The translations under genes were made by a program, and so were the position numbers. Positions 54,770-64,000 of a DNA stretch of 64,000 nt are shown here, piece by piece. Position 1 is the first letter of the stretch. Each line of letters starts with the position of its first letter. The stretch is from NCBI GenBank assembly GCA_964016885.1, contig OZ024747.1, positions 48,422,001 through 48,486,000 of the forward strand, given 5' to 3'. Under the pieces are notes generated by a model. The model saw only the letters and a program-made list of their open reading frames with translations, was not told the DNA's origin and did not search any database. Origin of the DNA: Eledone cirrhosa (Eukaryota).

Positions 54770-55480
54770 CAGAACCTCTAGAGATGACATCAGGATAGGA
54801 GAGCTTGCGGGGACACAGCTTTATAGGTGGCACGATGGCAGTGGCCACTAAATCTTACTCTCCTTTTACGTACAACAACAGATATACGTGGGAGGCCGGC
54901 ACATATTTCTTTCAAAGTCAGATGTCGCCAGCTTATGTTCTGAATGTGTCGAAGCATGCTAGTGTAGGTTCCATCAAGGCACTTTTTTTGTTTGGATGAA
55001 AGCGTCCATTTTTCACTTCCATATAGCAAGATTGGTTGAATTGTTACTTGGAAGAGTTTGATTTCGGTGTGCTTGGAAAGAGTTGAGCGCCAACCTCGAT
55101 CCATCTTGTTGCAAGCTGACCATGCTTGGGCCTTTCTGCTGACAAAAGTCTTCTCAGAGTCCATGATCCAGAACCCAAGATACTTGAAAAGAAATAGGGA
55201 TGGAGAATCCAAGATACAAAAGAGATAGGGATGCAGGCAAAACACCAAGATACTTGAAATCCTCTACTTGCTTGATATCACTGCCGTTGATTGCTTTGAT
55301 GTTGCCTGTACAATTTGATATGTATTCTGTATTACCCTCGTTGAAATGAAGGCCAACGAGGGAGAGATGTCAAAAATTGTTGCGCATTTTTTAGGCAATA
55401 TGCAAGAAGTGCAATGTCATCCGCAAAGTCAAGGTCAGTGAGATGTTTAGAGGGGAGCCTAGAGCTCATGCGGGGTTCTC
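54770..55480 (-). pseudogene. RTE-type LINE RT 3' fragment
   Basis: TDLDFADDIALL, FKYLG.WI, RKAQAWSACNKM, KLFQ.TI.PILLYGSE.WTL. Confidence 0.8.
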
Positions 55481-55669
55481 ACACACTGTCACTACCCATC
55501 TTCTTTGAATATCTCTTTAATAATGCGAAACTTTTAATCATTATCAATTTTTAATATTTAACAGTTTTCAAAGCAACTACGGCGATCAAATATCCCCGTC
55601 TTATGACATTATACATATATATATTAATTCTGGCAATATTATTACAACAATATGACCCTCCCCAAGTAT

Positions 55670-55711
<42 letters not shown>

Positions 55712-55715
<4 letters not shown>

Positions 55716-55775
55716 TGCGTCCAGAAATAGCCGTCGAAACGGCTTGAGCTCTGCTGTCGGGGTCATACTTTTTTT

Positions 55776-55865
<90 letters not shown>

Positions 55866-55999
55866 AAAAAGTATGACCCCGACGGCAGAGTTCAAGCCGT
55901 TTCGACGGCTATTTTTGGACGCATACTTTTTCCTATTACCCACTCTACTACCCTAAGTATTGAGTACTCTGATGCGTTATGGTCCATCTGTCTGGTTCC
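55712..55999 (+). mobile_element. Family B copy with arms mirrored across (TA)n, plus tail
   Basis: 55712-55778 is the reverse complement of 55863-55926 with a few mismatches; tail runs to ..ttccttcgtta(TA)n. Confidence 0.75.
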
Positions 56000-56016
56000 T
56001 TACCACAATTCCTTCG

Positions 56017-56095
<79 letters not shown>

Positions 56096-56407
56096 TAAAC
56101 GGAATAGAAAATGCTGACAAATTGTTCACAGTTGAGAAATGGTTTAATTAGGAAGAAAAGAGTATTAGTGATTGTATGGGTTAGTATTCAGTTGTTGTTT
56201 TAAGTTTTTAAGTTTTTACCGGTTGCGCATTTCTAAATGCTTTTCAAAAATAATTTTGAGATAGAGTGTCCGTGCTGTTCGCTCTGATCTGATTAGTTTT
56301 GGGAATTCTACCTGTTTTTATGTTAAAAAAGTGGCTCCAATTTGCAAAAATTCTTGTGGTCAAAACAATTTTGATTGGTCGGTAGAGGTCATGTGAATGT
56401 AAAAAAT

Positions 56408-56456
<49 letters not shown>

Positions 56457-56458
56457 TG

Positions 56459-56511
<53 letters not shown>

Positions 56512-56635
56512 ATGTATATATAATGTATTTTGCAATACACTTTATGCTTAATTAAAAGCATTTTGAAGACCGTAAACTATTGTTTTAAAGTAGTGACAAA
56601 TTCACTCACTTTGATCTCAGCAAACAGGGGAGATA

Positions 56636-56679
56636 AGCCGACAAGACTTGTTTCGCTCTGGTTGAAGCTTATCAAGGCC
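56636..56679 (-). ncRNA. Type I hammerhead ribozyme, U3-A8 core (UUGAUAA)
   Basis: ggcc-TTGATAA-gct tcaaccag agc-GAAA-caagtcttg-TC-ggct. Confidence 0.75.
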
Positions 56680-56810
56680 AACTACCCCACCAATTCTAAT
56701 TTTTAATTTCTGCCTGACCAACAACCGCTCTGCATAATCAGCTCCTGATTATTTACTAGATTTCTATAAGAATATAACATCAATGATCTCAGTAAACAGG
56801 TGGGGTAGTT

Positions 56811-56854
56811 GGCCTTGATAAGATTCAACCAAAGCGAAACAAGTCTTGTCGGCT
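56811..56854 (+). ncRNA. Type I hammerhead ribozyme, U3-A8 core (sense arm, weaker stem II)
   Basis: ggcc-TTGATAA-gattcaaccaaagc-GAAA-caagtcttg-TC-ggct. Confidence 0.65.
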
Positions 56855-57009
56855 TATCTCCCCTGTTTGCTGAGATCAAAGTGAGTGAATTTGTCACTAC
56901 TTTAAAACAATAGCTTACGGTCTTCAAAATGCTTTTAATTAAGCATAAAGTGTATTGCAAAATACATTATATATACATCCATATATATATTGCTATTTCA
57001 GAGCTCCAA

Positions 57010-57078
<69 letters not shown>

Positions 57079-57231
57079 GTGTGTGTGTGTATATATATGT
57101 AGAGAAATATAAATATATATGTGTATGTGCATGAATAAACATACACACTGATAGTGTTCTTTTCGCAAATATTTTGGCATTGAGTAATTACTATACAATA
57201 TGATCAATATTATTGTGTATTGATCAAAATG

Positions 57232-57265
<34 letters not shown>

Positions 57266-57267
<2 letters not shown>

Positions 57268-57380
57268 CGAAGGAAATGTGGTAAGGAACCAGGTGGACCA
57301 GAGTGGGTAATAGGAACCAGTAACCAGAATTAGCCGTCGAAACGGCTTGAGCTCAGCCGTCGGGGTCTTACTGGTTCCTA
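57266..57380 (-). mobile_element. Internally deleted family B copy
   Basis: Matches 14563-14764 with deletions. Confidence 0.7.
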
Positions 57381-57391
57381 TATATATATAT

Positions 57392-57438
<47 letters not shown>

Positions 57439-57441
<3 letters not shown>

Positions 57442-57888
57442 GATATTAACAAATGGAAACTATATTTATAAAACCATATCTATTCTATTATACATATTTC
57501 AAGGACACCACGTTAAATTATGGTATGCTTTCATCAGACAAAATACAATATACATCAGTTTTATAAATAAATATTGACATACCCTTAAAAAATGCAACCA
57601 TTACTGTTGGAAGGACCAGGATACTATCCTGGAGCTTCCAACAGTAATGGTTGCATTTTTTATTTCAATATTTATTTATAAAACTGATGTATATTGTATT
57701 TTATCTGATGAAAGCATACCATAATTTAACGCGGTGTCCTTGAAATATGTATAATAGAATAGATATGGTTTTATAAATATAGTTTTCATTTGTTAATATC
57801 GTATGTTTACTCCAAATACTTGTTGAGTGCTTTATATCAGTTATAAACATTTTTGCTTGTTGTATCCCAACAATTTAAATAGAACTTT

Positions 57889-57891
<3 letters not shown>
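57439..57891 (+). mobile_element. Family G fold-back element: ~175-bp inverted repeats plus ~88-bp tail; hammerheads at 57481-57545 (-) and 57697-57761 (+)
   Basis: tattttat-CTGATGA-aag catacc..ggtgtc ctt-GAAA-tatgta-TA-atagaata; arms 57439-57613 and 57635-57803. Confidence 0.82.
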
Positions 57892-57928
<37 letters not shown>

Positions 57929-58499
57929 TTTACCCACCTTTATAACTATATTTATAGTTATAAAGGCGGGTAAATCATTCTGATTTATATTTTTAATTAT
58001 TATGCATCTACTTCATCTTTCTTAGTTTATAGATTCCATACACAGGTGGTTTTCCCTGTATATTGATAAATATACTCTCTCGTGTGTTATCTTTTCTATC
58101 CCCCCCCCCCCACATATATATATATATATATAATTTTCGCTCTACATGGCTGAATACAATAAATGTAATATGAGTTTTTCGAACTAGACCACACTACACC
58201 ACCACCACCAAGAACAACTACACCAACATCACCAATAACACGAACACCACCATCCCCATCAACATGATCAACACCATCATCATCACCAACACTCCCAACA
58301 CCACCAACACCACCAGCCTCACTATCACCACCAACCCCACCAACACTACCTACACCACCAAGATCACCACCAGCAACTACAACAACACCACCACCATCAC
58401 CACCAACAACTACACCAATACCACAAACACTCCACGCGGAAACGAATTCCAGAACGGTAATACAACCAGCCAACAGAGACTCCGAGTGCCACAAAGGTC

Positions 58500-58920
58500 C
58501 GCGAACCTGACAACGAAACGACAACACGAACCTGTAACTGCTGAGACAGTAACCAGTGTCCCCTACAAGATAATTGCCTGGCTAAAAACCTAATTTACTT
58601 GTTTGAGGTCCAAACCCATAATTCTAGGGACACATACATTGGGGTCACATCCACAACCTTCAAGGCCTGTTACTACAACCACAAGGACACCTTCAACGAT
58701 AGGACCAAACGATCGTGTACTAGACTGGCGGATCTTATATGGAGACTCAAGGACTCGCAAACCGGATTCAGGTTGCACTGGAGTTTGGTCAAACACGCAA
58801 CACCCCAATCTCCGGCCCAAAGAAAGTGCCGGCTTTGTATTGCCGAAGCCGTGGAGATCACCAAATTAAAAGAATCCATTTAACCTGAATTCCGAAATAT
58901 TATTAAGATGCCGACACGCC
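58500..58920 (+). pseudogene. Naiad-type PLE GIY-YIG endonuclease remnant
   Basis: CNC*DSNQCPLQDNCLAKNLIY..TYIGVTSTTFKACYYNHKDTF..LIWRLK..WSLV..KCRLCIAE..(frameshift)NLNSEILLRCRH. Confidence 0.85.
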
Positions 58921-59169
58921 TGAAACGCAACATTCAGTCATACCAGCCCAACAAACGTTAACTACCAATAACTAACTACCCCAACCAAATAATATTGTTT
59001 CAATCCATTTCACATCATATATTCCTCTTATTGAATAATCCCATCCAACCTCTTTTACTGTGTTGCTGCTGTTACAGTTGTTGCTCTCTGGGTTCTTTAT
59101 GGCTGTTGCTGCTGTTATTTTTGTTATTGGGGAATAAACGAAAGATATAACACTATAACATCACTATTT

Positions 59170-59246
59170 ATTTCATTATGTATATTTCTGGGATGCTAAA
59201 AATTTATGTTTGACATAAATTCTAGCATGCCTTCTTCAGATAAAAT
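59170..59246 (-). ncRNA. Type I hammerhead ribozyme
   Basis: attttat-CTGAAGA-a gg c atgcta..aatttatgt caa acataaatt..tagcat c cc a-GAAA-tataca-TA-atgaaat. Confidence 0.72.
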
Positions 59247-59542
59247 ATAATATGAGATGTATAAAATATTATATGACATACTCACAAGAGTGACCTTAAC
59301 AGATCAATTCCAAATGGGTATGTGATTCAAAATCTCAAAATTTTCTAGGATGTAATGATTTTGGAAAATATAAAAATAAAAAAAATAAGCGGTGCCCCAG
59401 CATGGCCTCAGCCGGATGGCTGAAACAGGTAAAAGAGTAAAATAATAAAGACAGTTAATTCAAACGCTCCATATATTAAAAAAAAATAGCGTAATTAGAT
59501 TGGTCAGAAAAAAACGTTAAATGTGTATATCTTATTACTAAG

Positions 59543-59612
<70 letters not shown>

Positions 59613-59632
59613 GTATATATATATATATATAT

Positions 59633-59730
59633 ATATAGAACTCACAAGAATCAAAGCTATGTTCAAAGCATTTATTCACGTAAGTGAATACATGCTTTGA
59701 ACATAGCTTTGATTCTTGTGAATTCTATAT
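59633..59730. repeat. ~47-bp-arm palindrome at the edge of a (TA)n tract
   Basis: tagaactcacaagaatcaaagctatgttcaaagcatttattcac gtaa gtgaatacatgctttgaacatagctttgattcttgtgaattcta. Confidence 0.85.
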
Positions 59731-59885
59731 AACTGCTCTGTAGAACAACTCATGTTATTACATTGAGCTATTTATCTTACAGGTAATAAGGTAGTATTAA
59801 ATTACTGACCTTCCCTGTTTATGGTTTAAAATATACATAACTATAAATAGTATCCTTAATATTATATAAATATATATATATATAT

Positions 59886-62303
<2,418 letters not shown>

Positions 62304-62306
<3 letters not shown>

Positions 62307-64000
62307 TTTCTTTATTAACCACAAGGGTTTACATAAAGTAGACATTAAGGACAGTGCAGGACAATGCAGGACGGTACAAATGGGCATTTCTGCGTGTAAA
62401 AAACAAAAACAGAGGATGTAACAAAAATAACAATGAAAATAACAATGAAAAATTCCCCAATAGGGGGGAGACCTCGGAGGGACATTTGTGGAGAAAGCCC
62501 AGTAAAAAGCCACAATGACCCTGACCACCAAGGCAAGTGCCCTCTCCCAGTTTTCCACCTTTAATTTACAGATATATACTCAGAGTAGGCCCATTCACTC
62601 GGGCCATTCTTGCTTCTCTCACCCATCTTTCAACAAAATGCTGGGAAGAGAGCACTTCCCTCTCTACTCTGATTTTCCTTTTCAAATGAAATTTGAAAAA
62701 GTCAATCAGAGCATCACCGAAGAGGTAAGTGCTCGTCTTCAGCCCTTTCAAACGTGTCCACCATACTATCTCTTTCGCCATGGCCACCAGACAGATAAAA
62801 ACTGCCTGCCCTTCCCGGCTAAAGGAGGAGGGCGGGGCAATCCTCACGATGGACTCAGATGATAGCCGGATCTGTCCTAGACGCGACAGCAGGTGTTCGA
62901 CATAAACCCACAAGTCAGCAATTTTCGGACACTGGACGAGTGCGTGCAGGACGGTTTCGTCGCCCTGCGCGCATCTCGGACATGCCCGGCTGACGGCACC
63001 TCCATGCCTGTAGAGTTTATCCCGAACTGGCAAGGCTCCTCGGTAGCACTGCCAGGCCAGAGATTTCTGGAAGTTATCCATAGGCCCCGGCCCGAAAGTT
63101 CTTCCGAAGAGATTGGCTAGTTGATTTTCGTCGACGCCTAGAGTTTCCCCAAGTACGTCGTCGCTCTTCCCCTCCACTAATCCTCTATAGAACGCCGAGG
63201 TGGAGTTTCCACCGATCACATTGCCCGATTGGTCGAGGGCTGTGAGCGCCTGAAGACATTCCAGTCTCCAGGCGCTCCCTCTCAGTCTTCAGTTGACCCA
63301 GGACTGCAGCTCCGTCAAGGAAACGAGCTGGGGAAATACGCGCCTAGCAAACGGCGACCACACCTGATCACCGTCAAGGAAGAGGTGGAGATGTCGTAGC
63401 CTGAGCGCGTGCCTGCGCATCATCAGCCACGGCATGCCCAGCCCTCCACGTAGCGGGTGTTGACAACAGATGGACCGCCTGACCATCGGAGCACGTCCCT
63501 TCCACAAAAAGCGAAAGAGCAAACGCTCCAGCGCAGTCAGGCGAGGCTTAGGACAAGGTACGACGGTCAGGCGGTAGCAGATGACAGACGCGATGTACGC
63601 GTTAGCCACCTCCGCTCGACCTTTCAGGGATAGCTTCCTCTCCGCCCATTTCTGGGTGAGAGAAGCCACCCTGCTCGTCACCTCGTCCCAGTTTTTGTCC
63701 GTCTGGAGGTCCGGACCGAACCAGACCCCTAGCAATTTAACCGGTCCGTCCGTCCAGCGCCCGACGACGCTGTTGGACGGCATGGACCTGCCTCTCCAGG
63801 TGCCGAGCTGCAGGCCCACTGACTTTTCCTGGTTGATCATTGCTGCTGTCACCGCTTCGTATTCTCTTAGTGTAGTGCCGATCGCCTCGATGTGTTTGGC
63901 GTTCGACACCACTACGGTGACATCGTCCGCATATGCTGACATGGATCTTCCGCATCCTAGTTCGCGCGGGACTCCCCTCAACGTCTCCAGTTTGTGCAGT
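62304..64000 (-). mobile_element. Tx1/L1-clade LINE 3' part (RT C-terminus, zinc finger, 3' UTR), ending in (ATT)n
   Basis: AYADD, KLLGVWF, LSLKGRA, GGLGMP, CPRCAQGDETVLHALVQCP; (aat)n at 62251-62303. Confidence 0.92.

Larger units (their letters stand above)
56502..57015 (+). mobile_element. Family D fold-back element: ~190-bp inverted repeats plus short tail
   Basis: 56502-56691 is the reverse complement of 56799-56989; between (TA)n tracts. Confidence 0.85.

Noticed and set aside
58542-58544. In-frame TGA in the Naiad cysteine-rich linker (possible selenocysteine, as some Naiads are selenoproteins)
   Set aside because: It occupies the Arg position of CNCR (CGA to TGA CpG decay), not a Cys position, and the copy also has a frameshift

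Overview
AT-rich, microsatellite-saturated eukaryotic DNA, very likely from a coleoid cephalopod such as Octopus (inferred from SINE type and repeat landscape). I found no recognisable host protein-coding gene; most ORFs in the track are translated microsatellites. The window holds one tRNA-Leu(CAG) gene, several tRNA-derived SINEs, an internally deleted mariner, and decayed LINEs (Tx1/L1-like, R4/Dong-like, CRE-like, RTE). It also holds Penelope-like element (PLE) coding remnants: Naiad-type RT and GIY-YIG, and a Neptune/Poseidon-type RT. The main non-obvious signal is about 30 type I hammerhead ribozyme (HHR) motifs on both strands, folded by hand. They lie in at least eight short repeat families embedded in (TA)n tracts. 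Many copies share one architecture: inverted arm, sense arm with HHR (often followed by AATAAA), unpaired 3' tail. Several families carry non-canonical catalytic cores: compensatory U3-A8 (UUGAnAA), CAGAAGA and CCGAUGA. All structures and homologies were assigned by eye and need computational and biochemical confirmation.
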